This document shows positions 1 to 9,633 of a DNA stretch of 64,000 bases, one piece after another. A program made the position numbers and the translations under genes. Position 1 is the stretch's first letter; every line of letters starts with the position of its first letter. The DNA is from Gemmatimonas sp. Its GTDB lineage: Bacteria > Gemmatimonadota > Gemmatimonadetes > Gemmatimonadales > Gemmatimonadaceae. The notes below the pieces were generated by a model that ran no database searches, had not been told where the DNA came from, and worked only from the letters and a program-made list of their open reading frames with translations. The stretch covers positions 2,176,001 to 2,240,000 of the forward strand of contig OZ257156.1 of assembly GCA_965279375.1 (NCBI GenBank). The letters are read 5' to 3'.

Positions 1-749
1 CGTTTCTCTGCCCACGCTGCGACGCTTCCGAATTCGGAGAAGCGGAGTCGCGGTTGGGTTTCCCCTTCGCGAGGGAACAGCTGCTGCATCAGCCATTTCT
101 TGTGGGTCTTCAGCGCGTCCACTTTCCGCGCTTGCGCCGCGATCACGTCGTCCACAGAACCCAGGCACTCGGCGATTTTTTGTTGCTCTGCGAGGGATGT
201 CCTTCCGCTTGGAACCGGCACAGGAAGAGCAAGAAGATCGTCTTCGTTGATGCTTAGCGAGCCGTGCGCACGAGCACCGACCTCAATAAACTTTTGCAGC
301 CACCGGCCATGCAGATTGCCGAGGAACAAGTAGTTGAGATACTGCGGAACTGGTGAATCGCCCGCGATGCGGAAACATGTGAAAATGCTGTTCGGGACTG
401 CCGCCAGCTCGTCTCCGGAATACATCGCGATGAACCCTTCGGGATTCTCCTTGGTGGCGCTTTTGTTGTAGGCGAAGTCGTGCTTCTTCAGCAGCAGGTA
501 GTTGGAATAGGAGTTTCCGGCGATGATCCGCCCGAACTTATTCATCTGACTTACCAGTCCGACTCCTGATGTGATGCTCATCGGGATCGCGGTCCGATCG
601 CCAACTTTCTCTGTGCTGATTCTGGCGACCGACCCAAGTGTTTCTGTGGTCCACTCCCCAGCACCGCGAAACTCCGGAAACCGTAGCTTCGGCACCGACG
701 CGACCTTACCGACAGCCTTCGCGCTTTGGGTTTTCGCCTTACTGCTCAT
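1..749 (-). CDS. hsdS: Type I restriction-modification specificity subunit (partial, runs off window start)
   Basis: Not in ORF track because no stop lies in the window. Manual translation from ATG at 749: MSSKAK...VPKLRFPEF...EQQKIAECLGSVDDVIAAQARKVDALKTHKKWLMQQLFP...PRLRFSEF, the conserved HsdS spacer and P.LRF.EF repeats. Overlaps the hsdR stop by 11 bp. Confidence 0.93.
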   Translation of the reverse strand, partial: MSSKAKTQSAKAVGKVASVPKLRFPEFRGAGEWTTETLGSVARISTEKVGDRTAIPMSITSGVGLVSQMNKFGRIIAGNSYSNYLLLKKHDFAYNKSATKENPEGFIAMYSGDELAAVPNSIFTCFRIAGDSPVPQYLNYLFLGNLHGRWLQKFIEVGARAHGSLSINEDDLLALPVPVPSGRTSLAEQQKIAECLGSVDDVIAAQARKVDALKTHKKWLMQQLFPREGETQPRLRFSEFGSVAAWAEK

Positions 750-3700
750 AGGCACTCAATCCTGAGATCTCGCGTCCCTGCGCACGCTTGGTGAGCAGCG
801 GGTACAGTTCCGCCATGAGGGCGAGTTCGGCGTCCTTGCGCGCCTTCCAGCCAAGGTCGAGCGAGACGAAAAGATCACCGAGCTGTTCGGCGTCAAAGAT
901 CATGCGATCGAGAATGGCGTCCACGAATCCTTGCAGGGCGACAGTGGTGAGGCCGTGCTTCTGCGCGACGGCAGCGAGTTCCGCCGCGCTCTTCTCGCTT
1001 TTGAAGCGCGTGTAACCCTCCCGGATGGCGGCTTCGCTCAAACCCTCCCCCGCCTTGAGCGTTTCGATGTAGGCGGCGATGCCCTCGCGCTCGTCCATGA
1101 ACTTGGCGTCCGAGCTGATCAGTCCTATCAGCTGCTCTCGGGTCATCTTCGACTTGCCGGGCCCTTTCTCCGAGAATCTGGCAATGAGCCCCATGATGTA
1201 GTCGTAGTCGATGACGGCCGAAGCGAAGAGCACGAACTCGAAATCGAGCTGGTCGCCGGCGTCAGCGTCGGGCTTGTCGTTGCCTCCGCCTTTGCCCTGC
1301 TGCTCGCGCAGGCGCTGGGCTGTCTCCAGGTACGCGCCCTTAAAGCCACGATGCTGTTCGTTCGGCAACACCTGCTCGATGGCGGCCTTATCGTCGTTAG
1401 TCAGGTCGGTGTACTGATCGAGCTGGGTCTTGAGCCGCTGCACTTCCTTAAAGCACTCAATGAAGCCGGCGCGAGCGGCGTCGCCCTTGAGGTTCGGCAC
1501 GGCCTCCGGCGCGGTATCGAGCCCCTGTGACTTCATAAAGCTTTCGAGCTGCTGCACGGCGGCCTGCAGCTTCTGAATGACGACCGGCGCCTTGTCCACG
1601 AGCCAGATCTCCCGCGCTTCCTCACGGGTCTTCTTGCCGGAGAACATGGCGATCGCGGCATCCACCTCGTCCCGCTGCTGGCGGAAGTCGAGGATGTTGC
1701 CATACGGCTTGGTGCCATTGAGCACGCGGTTGGTGCGAGAGAACGCCTGAATGAGCCCGTGGTGCCGCAGATTCTTGTCGACGTAGAGCGTGTTGAGATA
1801 CTTGGAATCGAATCCCGTCAGCAGCATGTCCACCACGATGGCGATGTCGATCTTGTTCGCGTGCGGGAAGTCGGCATTGGGCCATTGCTGGTCCTTGATG
1901 CGCTTCTGCACGTCCTGGTAGTAGAGATCGAACTCGCTGAGCTTGTGGTTGGCGCCGTAGCGCGCATTGTAGTCCGCAAGAATGCTGTTCAGCGCTGCCT
2001 TCTTGCCTTCCGGGTCCTGCTCGTTGTCAGCCCTTTCCTGCGGCAGGTCTTCTTGGATCTGCTGCACGTCCCGGTTGCCCTCGGCGGGCGGCGAAAACAC
2101 GCACGCGATGTTCAGCGGTTCGAACTCAGGATCCGCGACTTGCTTCTCCGCCTGCAGCGTCTTGAACAGGCCGTAGTACTCGATGGCATCGTTGATAGAC
2201 GCGGTGGCGAGGATGGCATTGAAGCGGCGTCCCGCGGTGGCGACATCGTGCTTGTCCAGAATGGCTTCAACGACAGAGCGCTTGGGCGTTCCCTCGCCCG
2301 GCTTGGGTGTCTTCTTTCCTGCGTCTTCCTTGGGTCCAAAGTAGTCCACGTGGAAGCGCAGCACGTTCCGGTCTTCGATGGCGTTCGTGATGGTGTAGGC
2401 ATGTAGCTGCTTCTGGAACAGATCCTCCGTCGTGCGCATGGAGGCCATGCCGTCTTCGATCTTCTGCTGACGAGAGTTCTCCTCAAAGATTGGCGTGCCC
2501 GTGAAGCCGAACAGCTGGGCTTTCGGGAAGAACTCCGTGATCGCCTTGTGGTTGTCGCCGAACTGCGAGCGATGACATTCGTCAAAGATGAAGACGATGC
2601 GCTTGTCCTTGAGCGGCTCCAGCAGCTCCTTGAACGTGGGTTGGTCGTTTCGCTTCCGCTGCTTGTTGCGCTTGCTGTCTTCGTCCAGCGCGAGACCGAG
2701 CTTTTGGATGGTGGTGACGATGACCTTGTCGGCGTAGTCCTCTGAGCGCAAACGGCGAACGAGGGCGGCCGTGTTGGTGTTTTCCTCGACACTGCCTTCC
2801 TGAAATCGATTGAACTCCTCGCGCGTCTGCCGGTCGAGATCTTTGCGGTCCACAACAAACAGGCACTTGTGAATGTGCTCGTTCTGCTTGAGCAGCGTCG
2901 ACGCCTTGAACGAGGTCAGCGTCTTACCGCTGCCGGTGGTGTGCCAGATGTAGCCGTTGCCCGCGTCGTCTTCGATGCACTGCATGATCTGCTGCACGGC
3001 ATAGACCTGATACGGGCGCATGATCATGAGCTTCTGCTCGCTCTGGATCAGCACCATGTAGCGGCTGATTGTCTTGCCGAGTGCGCACTTTTGCAGGAAG
3101 CGGGCAGCGAAGTCGTCGATGTGCGTGATCTTCTTATTGGCCTCGTCGGCAAACTCGTAGATGGGCAGGAACCGTTCTTCGGCGTTGAAGGCGAAGTGGC
3201 GGGCGTTGTTATTGGCGAAGTAGTAGGTGCGGTTGCGGTTGCTGACGATGAAGAGCTGGAGGAAGCAGAGCAGCGTCCTGGTGTAACCGTTGCCGGGATC
3301 GTTCTTGTAGTCGACGATCTGCTCCATCGCTCGGCGCGGGCTGATTTCGAGCGTCTTGAGCTCGACCTGCACGCAGGGCACGCCGTTGATGAGCAGAATG
3401 ACGTCGTAGCGGTGGTGGCTATTGTCCGTGTTGATGCGGAGCTGATTGACGACCTCGAAGGTGTTCTTGCACCAGTCCTTCAGGTTCACCAGTGTGAAGT
3501 TCAGCGGTGTTCCGTCTTCGCGGGTGAACGCATTGATCTCCCGCAGGGTCTTCGCGGCGGTGAAGACATCGGCGGTGACGATCTCGTCGAGCAGGCGCGC
3601 GAACTCGCTGTCGGTGAGGTGAACGCGATTGAGGGCCTCAAACTTCTCGCGGAAGTTCTTCTCCAGCGCGGCGCGGTCGCGGATTTCCGGGCGATACGTG

Positions 3701-3810
3701 TACTTCAGCCCCTGGAGCGTGCCGATGAAGCCGTATTCGATCGTGTCCTCACGGAGGACCGAGGGCTCAAGGTCGTCGGAAGGGTAGATGCTATCAGAGA
3801 TGCTGTTCAT
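739..3810 (-). CDS. hsdR: Type I restriction endonuclease subunit R
   Basis: Nuclease motif DVILLINGVPCVQVELK, Walker A HTTGSGKT, DECH box, GFTGTP, MLLTGFD, QAFSRTNR. Start at 3810 chosen; the ORF extends to 3852. Confidence 0.96.
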   Translation of the reverse strand: MNSISDSIYPSDDLEPSVLREDTIEYGFIGTLQGLKYTYRPEIRDRAALEKNFREKFEALNRVHLTDSEFARLLDEIVTADVFTAAKTLREINAFTREDGTPLNFTLVNLKDWCKNTFEVVNQLRINTDNSHHRYDVILLINGVPCVQVELKTLEISPRRAMEQIVDYKNDPGNGYTRTLLCFLQLFIVSNRNRTYYFANNNARHFAFNAEERFLPIYEFADEANKKITHIDDFAARFLQKCALGKTISRYMVLIQSEQKLMIMRPYQVYAVQQIMQCIEDDAGNGYIWHTTGSGKTLTSFKASTLLKQNEHIHKCLFVVDRKDLDRQTREEFNRFQEGSVEENTNTAALVRRLRSEDYADKVIVTTIQKLGLALDEDSKRNKQRKRNDQPTFKELLEPLKDKRIVFIFDECHRSQFGDNHKAITEFFPKAQLFGFTGTPIFEENSRQQKIEDGMASMRTTEDLFQKQLHAYTITNAIEDRNVLRFHVDYFGPKEDAGKKTPKPGEGTPKRSVVEAILDKHDVATAGRRFNAILATASINDAIEYYGLFKTLQAEKQVADPEFEPLNIACVFSPPAEGNRDVQQIQEDLPQERADNEQDPEGKKAALNSILADYNARYGANHKLSEFDLYYQDVQKRIKDQQWPNADFPHANKIDIAIVVDMLLTGFDSKYLNTLYVDKNLRHHGLIQAFSRTNRVLNGTKPYGNILDFRQQRDEVDAAIAMFSGKKTREEAREIWLVDKAPVVIQKLQAAVQQLESFMKSQGLDTAPEAVPNLKGDAARAGFIECFKEVQRLKTQLDQYTDLTNDDKAAIEQVLPNEQHRGFKGAYLETAQRLREQQGKGGGNDKPDADAGDQLDFEFVLFASAVIDYDYIMGLIARFSEKGPGKSKMTREQLIGLISSDAKFMDEREGIAAYIETLKAGEGLSEAAIREGYTRFKSEKSAAELAAVAQKHGLTTVALQGFVDAILDRMIFDAEQLGDLFVSLDLGWKARKDAELALMAELYPLLTKRAQGREISGLSAYEQ

Positions 3811-3971
3811 GATGATCGCAGAAGTCTCGGAGCGCGCGATGGCGTGCAGCATAGCACAACGACGCCACGGATGGCCCGGTGGTTCAGTCGTGGGGTCAAT
3901 GGCGCATTTTGCTTCAACGGCTACAGCAAACTAGCCGCTGATAGCGGAGTGCGCGCCGACGTCCGGAGGGC

Positions 3972-4529
3972 TCACGGTTCGCCCTCGATGCAGATCACAG
4001 CGCCTGGAATCGTCGCACCAACAGTGGTTGGGAAGCTGCCGCCCAACCGATTCCGTATCTCGTCGATGATTGCGATGGTCCGGATGCGACTGTCAGCGAA
4101 GGAGATCGCCGACCCTGCGTCGACAAGATCGGACGCATGATTGAGGCAGCCGACACTCCAGGCATAGCCCATTCCTGGATGAAGCAGGATGGCTGTGCGC
4201 TGGCCCGTCTGCTTCAAGAGCAGACCCGGTCGCGGGAGCGCAGTATGGCTCGCGCTCGAAGAGTAGCCGGCGGTCCGGTACTTTGGGCCAGCATGGACGG
4301 CCAGAGGGTACGTTCCGGCCGCGATGCGGCGATCCCTCAGGTCTCCAATGGCAGTCGAGTTATCTCCCGGTCCGCCACGTTCAACAGTCTGGCCATGCAG
4401 GCCTGCGATAGGCGCTCCGTTCCAATGGCAAGAGTAGTTGCTGACGGTCCGAGGAAACGCCTTGTCGGAACGAAGTTCTTGTCGAACGCGCTGAACCAAG
4501 AGGCAGAAGCCGGTAGCCGGAACAGGCAT
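3972..4529 (-). CDS. DUF5675-like / L,D-transpeptidase (YkuD)-fold protein
   Basis: ERGGPGDN...RIAAGTYPL followed by ILLHPGMGYAWSVGC, an H-x-G...S-x-GC His/Cys pattern. ATG at 4529; alternative GTG at 4580. Confidence 0.55.
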   Translation of the reverse strand: MPVPATGFCLLVQRVRQELRSDKAFPRTVSNYSCHWNGAPIAGLHGQTVERGGPGDNSTAIGDLRDRRIAAGTYPLAVHAGPKYRTAGYSSSASHTALPRPGLLLKQTGQRTAILLHPGMGYAWSVGCLNHASDLVDAGSAISFADSRIRTIAIIDEIRNRLGGSFPTTVGATIPGAVICIEGEP

Positions 4530-4580
4530 GCGCACTATCTCCGTGTCGGTCGATACGTGAAGCTGCGGTAGGTGCGGCAC

Positions 4581-6566
4581 TCACCGAGGCAGATACGCAA
4601 CCGATAGCGTGAAGTATCTGTTGCCCGGTGCGGCAAAGCCGCCAGAGCGCCGACTAAACTCGCTGCCGCGCCAGATGCTCTGAAAGCCGAGGCGGGCTCG
4701 AGCAACCTCGATCTCGCCGCCGAAGGCGGCCTCCGCGTATCCTGATCGCAACCGAAGGTCACTGTCGCTGACAGGTACGCCTGCCGCCGGCAGTACGGGA
4801 GCGCTATGACCACCGGTGATTGTCTCGTTTCGCGCCGTTGCTCGGAGCATCGCGGTGGCGATAAGCGCGTACCGTACCCGAGGACGGGCTTCCTTTGCGT
4901 CAACGGGCGGGCGCTGAGCCGTGGGTTGGCCCGGCTCGAACGTGTCGCGAGGCCCTCCGCGAACCAGAGGACTGTTCAAAGTGTCAGCCTCCGCCAGCCT
5001 GACTTGGATCACAGGACCGATGGCCCGAAACAGGGGCGAGCCCGGAAGGCGATGCCTGTTGTGGGCCCACCTACCAGAGACTCCCAACGACGCGCGGTGG
5101 AAGACCGATCCGACGGCCATACCCGCGTGAAGGGCCACGTCGGCCCCGTCCAGAGGGACAAGCAGGTCACAGAACTTCCCTGATCCGCACGAATCCCTCA
5201 ACACGGCGCCAGTCGTGGCACTCGGTCGATACCACAGATCGGCGAGTGCCTGGACATAAGGTCGACCTGGAGTCTGAAAGCGCCAGCCGCTGGGCCTCTC
5301 CGCCGTCGTCGCAATCGCCCAATGCGCCATCCGCTGCGTCTCACGCGCTTGAGCGGTCGGCCCAATCACCCCCAACTGCGCTTCAAGTCCGACAATGAAG
5401 TCTCCGTCCCCCCAACTCGCCTTCTGCCCCTTGTCGAAGAATTCGCGTCGCATGACCTCCCAGCGGGCAGAGCCGTAGAGCAGTCCCGCGAACGGTCGGT
5501 CGAAACGCTGTACCGTGTCGGCATACTGATCCGTGGGAGTGTACATGGTCTGCTGGACTGCGGCGCTGGTGCGAATGCACGTGACCACTGACGTCGAATC
5601 GGCAACGGTGTACTTCGCGCACTCCGGCAGCTTTGCGCCGAGTGCGCTGACGATGCCATACAGCCCCACAGACTCGTGAAGCTGCAGTCGAACGCCGTTC
5701 GTGTAGGCGCGATCAGTCCAGATTAGGTCGTTCTCGAGCGTCAACTCCACCGATCGAGCCGATGCACTTCGTAGATCTCCCGAACTTCTGACATCCTCGG
5801 CCTTCGCATCAAATCGTCGATCGAGCGGAATCGAGATTCGTGCGAAGTACTTCGCGCCGCTTCCTCGGAGCGCGCGGGCAGGTCCGGCTGCTCCCAGGGA
5901 GTCCAGCACATTGTAGCTGGCATCGAACAAGTGCTCGGCCCCCACGGCGACTGACGGCCATATCCCTTTCGCGGGCAGGCGCAGAGCAAGTCCGACCGCT
6001 GGGTGTACTGCGACGCGATCAACGAGCCCTCCTGACTCACGACGCTCGACTGCCCGTCTCGTCGCACCCAAGGCCACTTCCGCCGACAAGTCACGGTACG
6101 TCGGGAAGCTCAGCCAGCCACGCGCAGACGCGTCTCCGACCGAAAGATCGGGTTGTCGACGGGACACACGATCAATGGGGTCGCCAAGCAGCCGATCTGA
6201 GACTCCTCCCAGCGTGCTGAGAACGAGCCCAGCGTCGAATCCGAAACGCCATCGAGCAACGAGTTGACGATTGACACGAAGTCCGACGCCGCTCCCGGTC
6301 TGCGTCCGCAAAGCGTCGGTTCGGAGGTTCTCACCCGCATCCAGGAGGTGACTCTCCAGAAGCCACTCCAGCTGGGTCTTGGGTCGCGACGCAGCTGACG
6401 TCTGTGCCTCCGCCTCGGAAGCGGCACCCGCGGACACAAGCGCGAAAGCAAGAACGACTTGCGAAGCTGCGTGAACGACGCGGGCGTCGTCGAGTCGCCC
6501 GGGGCGGAGCTGTGGGAGCAGATGCGCCCCACGACGCTTCTGAAATGACACAGAGATTACTCGCAC
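4581..6566 (-). CDS. LpxR-family (DUF2219) lipid A 3'-O-deacylase-like outer-membrane protein with long N-terminal extension
   Basis: LENDL..TDRAYTNG, QTMYTP, DRPFAGLLY, LGVIGP, ETQRMAH..GW motifs. Signal-like segment ending AEA-Q. C-terminal beta-strand YFTLSVAY. Start uncertain. Confidence 0.75.
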   Translation of the reverse strand: MRVISVSFQKRRGAHLLPQLRPGRLDDARVVHAASQVVLAFALVSAGAASEAEAQTSAASRPKTQLEWLLESHLLDAGENLRTDALRTQTGSGVGLRVNRQLVARWRFGFDAGLVLSTLGGVSDRLLGDPIDRVSRRQPDLSVGDASARGWLSFPTYRDLSAEVALGATRRAVERRESGGLVDRVAVHPAVGLALRLPAKGIWPSVAVGAEHLFDASYNVLDSLGAAGPARALRGSGAKYFARISIPLDRRFDAKAEDVRSSGDLRSASARSVELTLENDLIWTDRAYTNGVRLQLHESVGLYGIVSALGAKLPECAKYTVADSTSVVTCIRTSAAVQQTMYTPTDQYADTVQRFDRPFAGLLYGSARWEVMRREFFDKGQKASWGDGDFIVGLEAQLGVIGPTAQARETQRMAHWAIATTAERPSGWRFQTPGRPYVQALADLWYRPSATTGAVLRDSCGSGKFCDLLVPLDGADVALHAGMAVGSVFHRASLGVSGRWAHNRHRLPGSPLFRAIGPVIQVRLAEADTLNSPLVRGGPRDTFEPGQPTAQRPPVDAKEARPRVRYALIATAMLRATARNETITGGHSAPVLPAAGVPVSDSDLRLRSGYAEAAFGGEIEVARARLGFQSIWRGSEFSRRSGGFAAPGNRYFTLSVAYLPR

Positions 6567-6838
6567 ATTTTCCTCGCTCTGCGGACGGATAACGGCAGTC
6601 CTTCCAGTGCGCGACGATTGGCTGTCCCGGATTTCCGGCTACTCGCCGCTCATTTGTAACGTCCAGGCGAACAGATACTCAGACAGAGTAGAAGGAAAAT
6701 AGATCGTGGTCAGTCGCCGCGCGAGCCGTGGCAGCTCGCCCGCGCCCGACTCGGCGCGGTGGCGAGCGACATTTTCACCTGGCCGTAGTATCCCGTTTCC
6801 ACGCCGTTCACAACGAACCGCTAAGCGTTTCCCGCAGT

Positions 6839-6996
6839 ATCCGCGAGCCGTTTCCGCGCGTTTCAGCTCCTATCCGTGGCCGAGCAGTTCGTCCGTTCCT
6901 ATCCGCCGTGCAAATCCCGTGGATTGGTTTGGATCATAGCGGATGAACTGCCTTGCCACGGATACCAACGGAAACGCGCGGAAGAAGCGCGCGGAT
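6839..6996. repeat. Long imperfect intergenic palindrome
   Basis: Nested complementary arms: ATCCGCG/CGCGGAT, TTCCGCGCGTTTC/GAAACGCGCGGAA, TATCCGTGGC/GCCACGGATA, GCAGTTCGTCCG/CGGATGAACTGC. Confidence 0.8.
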
Positions 6997-7077
6997 CAGA
7001 CCTGAGCGTGCACCAGGCGCGAGCGCGGATTAGGTCGAAGCGAGTCGCGAGTTCCTAACGCTTTGTTGAAATAGGGG

Positions 7078-8607
7078 TCAGGGCACACTGCCCTTGCGGT
7101 AGTCGAGCTGCGGCTTCTGCGTGCCCAGTACGGTGCTGTACACGAAGTTCGCACCGCGACGCTTCTGCAGTTCGGCCTTGGCCGCTTCGATCGTGGCAGG
7201 TGTCGCGAAGAGATCCGCACCCGTGAGCGCCATCGTCTTGGCGGCCACCATCATCCCCTTGGCGCCGATGCTCATGCCGCCGGCAGCAACGGCTTGCCAG
7301 GAATGCGCCGCGGTGCCGGGCACCCAGGTGGCCGCCGAGAGCTGCACCGTGGGGACGTTCCAGCTGATGTCGCCCACGTCCGTGGAGCCTGCGCCCGCCT
7401 GATCGAGCACCAGCGGCTTGATCAGTGACGTGCTGGCCAGCGGACGCGCCACGAAGTTGGGGGTCTTCTGCAACTGTTCGGCAAAGGCGCGCTCCTCCGC
7501 AGTGTAGGTGAAGCCGCCCACTCGCTCGAGCGCGCGCTGCTGCACGCGCGCGAGGGTTTCGTTGGGGAGCAGCGCGTACACCGAGCCGATGAGCTGCAGG
7601 TCGTACGTGGTGCCGGTGCCGATCGCAGCGCCCTTGGCGGCGTTGACCACGCGTGACCAGACATCGTTGACGACGTTCATGTCCACGTGGCGCACGTAGT
7701 AGTACACCTCCGCTTCATCGGGCACGACGTTCGGCGCCTTGCCGCCATCCGTGATCACGTAGTGGATGCGCGTTCCGTCGGGGATGTGTTCGCGCAGGTA
7801 GTTGGTCATCACGTCCATCACTTCCACGCCATCGAGTGCGGAGCGGCCACGCTCCGGTGCCGCGGCTGCGTGTGAGCTGATGCCGTGAAAACGGAACTTG
7901 CCGGTGATGTTGGCCATCGTGCGTTCGCCGGTGACGCTGTTGTCGTCGCCCGGATGCCACGCGATCACCGCGTCCACGTCGTTGAAGATCCCGTCACGCA
8001 CCATGTACACCTTGCCCGAACCACCTTCTTCGGCGGGGGTGCCGATCATGCGCAAGGTGCCCTTCACCTTGTTGGCGATCATCCATTCCTTGAGCGCGAT
8101 CGCGGCGGCGGTGCTGGCCGTGCCAAACAAATGATGGCCGCAGCCGTGTCCTGGTCCGCCCGCGATGAGTGTCTTGCGAGTGGGCGACGCGTCCTGTGAA
8201 AGCCCCGGCAATGCATCGAATTCGCCGAGCAAGGCGATCACGGGCTTTCCGCTGCCGTACTCGGCGATGAACGCGGTGGGTTCACCGGCGATCCCCGCAG
8301 TCACCGTGAAGCCGGCCGTTTTGAGTTCGCTTTGCAGCAACGCCGACGACTTCACCTCCATGTAGCCCACCTCCGCGAAGCCCCAGATCCGCTTCGCCAC
8401 GTCGGCGTAGTGCGCAGCGCCGTTGTCCAGCGCGGCCAGCATGGGCGTGGTGTTGAGGGCGGCCTTGGCCAGTGGCGCGGGCGGGGCTGACTGCGCGGTG
8501 AGCGTCGTGCTGAGGGGCGCGGCAATCAGCGACGAAGCCAGCACTGACAACGCGCGAGCGACGCCGGGGGCGAGCCAGCGGGGCGAAGAGGACTTTGGCA
8601 GGGGCAT
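7078..8607 (-). CDS. M20-family amidohydrolase (AbgB-like), probably exported
   Basis: EFDALPG, GHGCGHHL, TPAEEGG, WHP and GSTDVGD motifs. Signal-like N-terminus from ATG at 8607; the longer ORF overlaps the divergent gene. Confidence 0.88.
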   Translation of the reverse strand: MPLPKSSSPRWLAPGVARALSVLASSLIAAPLSTTLTAQSAPPAPLAKAALNTTPMLAALDNGAAHYADVAKRIWGFAEVGYMEVKSSALLQSELKTAGFTVTAGIAGEPTAFIAEYGSGKPVIALLGEFDALPGLSQDASPTRKTLIAGGPGHGCGHHLFGTASTAAAIALKEWMIANKVKGTLRMIGTPAEEGGSGKVYMVRDGIFNDVDAVIAWHPGDDNSVTGERTMANITGKFRFHGISSHAAAAPERGRSALDGVEVMDVMTNYLREHIPDGTRIHYVITDGGKAPNVVPDEAEVYYYVRHVDMNVVNDVWSRVVNAAKGAAIGTGTTYDLQLIGSVYALLPNETLARVQQRALERVGGFTYTAEERAFAEQLQKTPNFVARPLASTSLIKPLVLDQAGAGSTDVGDISWNVPTVQLSAATWVPGTAAHSWQAVAAGGMSIGAKGMMVAAKTMALTGADLFATPATIEAAKAELQKRRGANFVYSTVLGTQKPQLDYRKGSVP

Positions 8608-8745
8608 GGCGAGGCGGCGAAAGGGTTCGTCACGAGATCGTTGCGCAATAACAGTGCATCTGGAACCGAAGCGTGGGGAGACTGTGCTTGAGTTCGCCGA
8701 CCCTTCAGAGCGGGCAATGTCGGACTCCCGCAACCACGAGGTTTC

Positions 8746-9633
8746 GTGCCCGCGACCCTGTTGTCGCATCAGGCGTTGGTGCTTCCGCTCAAAATGCGCT
8801 GGCCGCGTGTCTTCTCCGGGCTTGCGCTCTGCATTGGCAGCATGGCCCCCGATCTCGAGTTCATCGGGCGCATGACCGACGATTGGCTGTACAGCCACAC
8901 GCTCGTCGCGCAGCTCTGGTTCACCGTTCCCGTGACCCTGCTGCTGGTTTGGATCATCGCGGCGCTGCTCGTGCCCACGCTGTTGCCGTATCTGCGCGAG
9001 GTGCGCTGGCTTCGTTTGCACGATCTCGCCGCGCTGTCGCCGCCCACAGGCGTGCGTGGCTGGCTGGGCGCCGCCGCCTCGGCGTGGATTGGTGGCATGT
9101 CGCACGTGCTGCTCGACGCCATCACGCATGGCAATCACTCCGGGTGGCTGGTGCCGCACTTTCCCGTGCTGCGAACGCTCGTGCCGCACATCGGTGGCGC
9201 GGTCCCGTTGCACGACGCGCTTCAGTGCTGGTTGACGGTGCTGCTGGCGATCGGATCGGTCGTGATGTGGCGGACCATCGCGCGCAAACGATTGCTCTGG
9301 CATTGGCGCTCGCTTCCGGCCGTCGATGCGATCAAGATGTCCCGCGCATCAGGCGTTCGATTGGCGTCGGCGTGCGCAATCGCCGCGGTGCAAGGCGCGT
9401 TCGTTGGGAGTTCGCTGTACCATGCGGGATCCGCTGCAGTGAATACCGCCACCGCGCGTGGCATCACCTCGAGCGCGAAGGGAGTGGCCGCCGCGGTGTC
9501 ATTCGGCGCGATCGACTTCGTCTTTCTCGCGCTCGTGCTGGCTGCGCTGTGCGTGCGAGTGGGAGTGGCTAGCTTTGAGCATGAGAGTCTTCGCCCTGGT
9601 CGCCGTACTCAGCTTCGTCCGTCCAACGCATGA
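8746..9633 (+). CDS. DUF4184-family membrane protein
   Basis: MPATLLSH, GSMAPD, SH, SHVLLDAITH motifs and several hydrophobic helices. Confidence 0.75.
   Translation: MPATLLSHQALVLPLKMRWPRVFSGLALCIGSMAPDLEFIGRMTDDWLYSHTLVAQLWFTVPVTLLLVWIIAALLVPTLLPYLREVRWLRLHDLAALSPPTGVRGWLGAAASAWIGGMSHVLLDAITHGNHSGWLVPHFPVLRTLVPHIGGAVPLHDALQCWLTVLLAIGSVVMWRTIARKRLLWHWRSLPAVDAIKMSRASGVRLASACAIAAVQGAFVGSSLYHAGSAAVNTATARGITSSAKGVAAAVSFGAIDFVFLALVLAALCVRVGVASFEHESLRPGRRTQLRPSNA

Noticed and set aside
6567..7077. tRNA or att site at the edge of the accessory segment
   Set aside because: No cloverleaf or T-loop consensus, no direct repeat and no integrase recognised.
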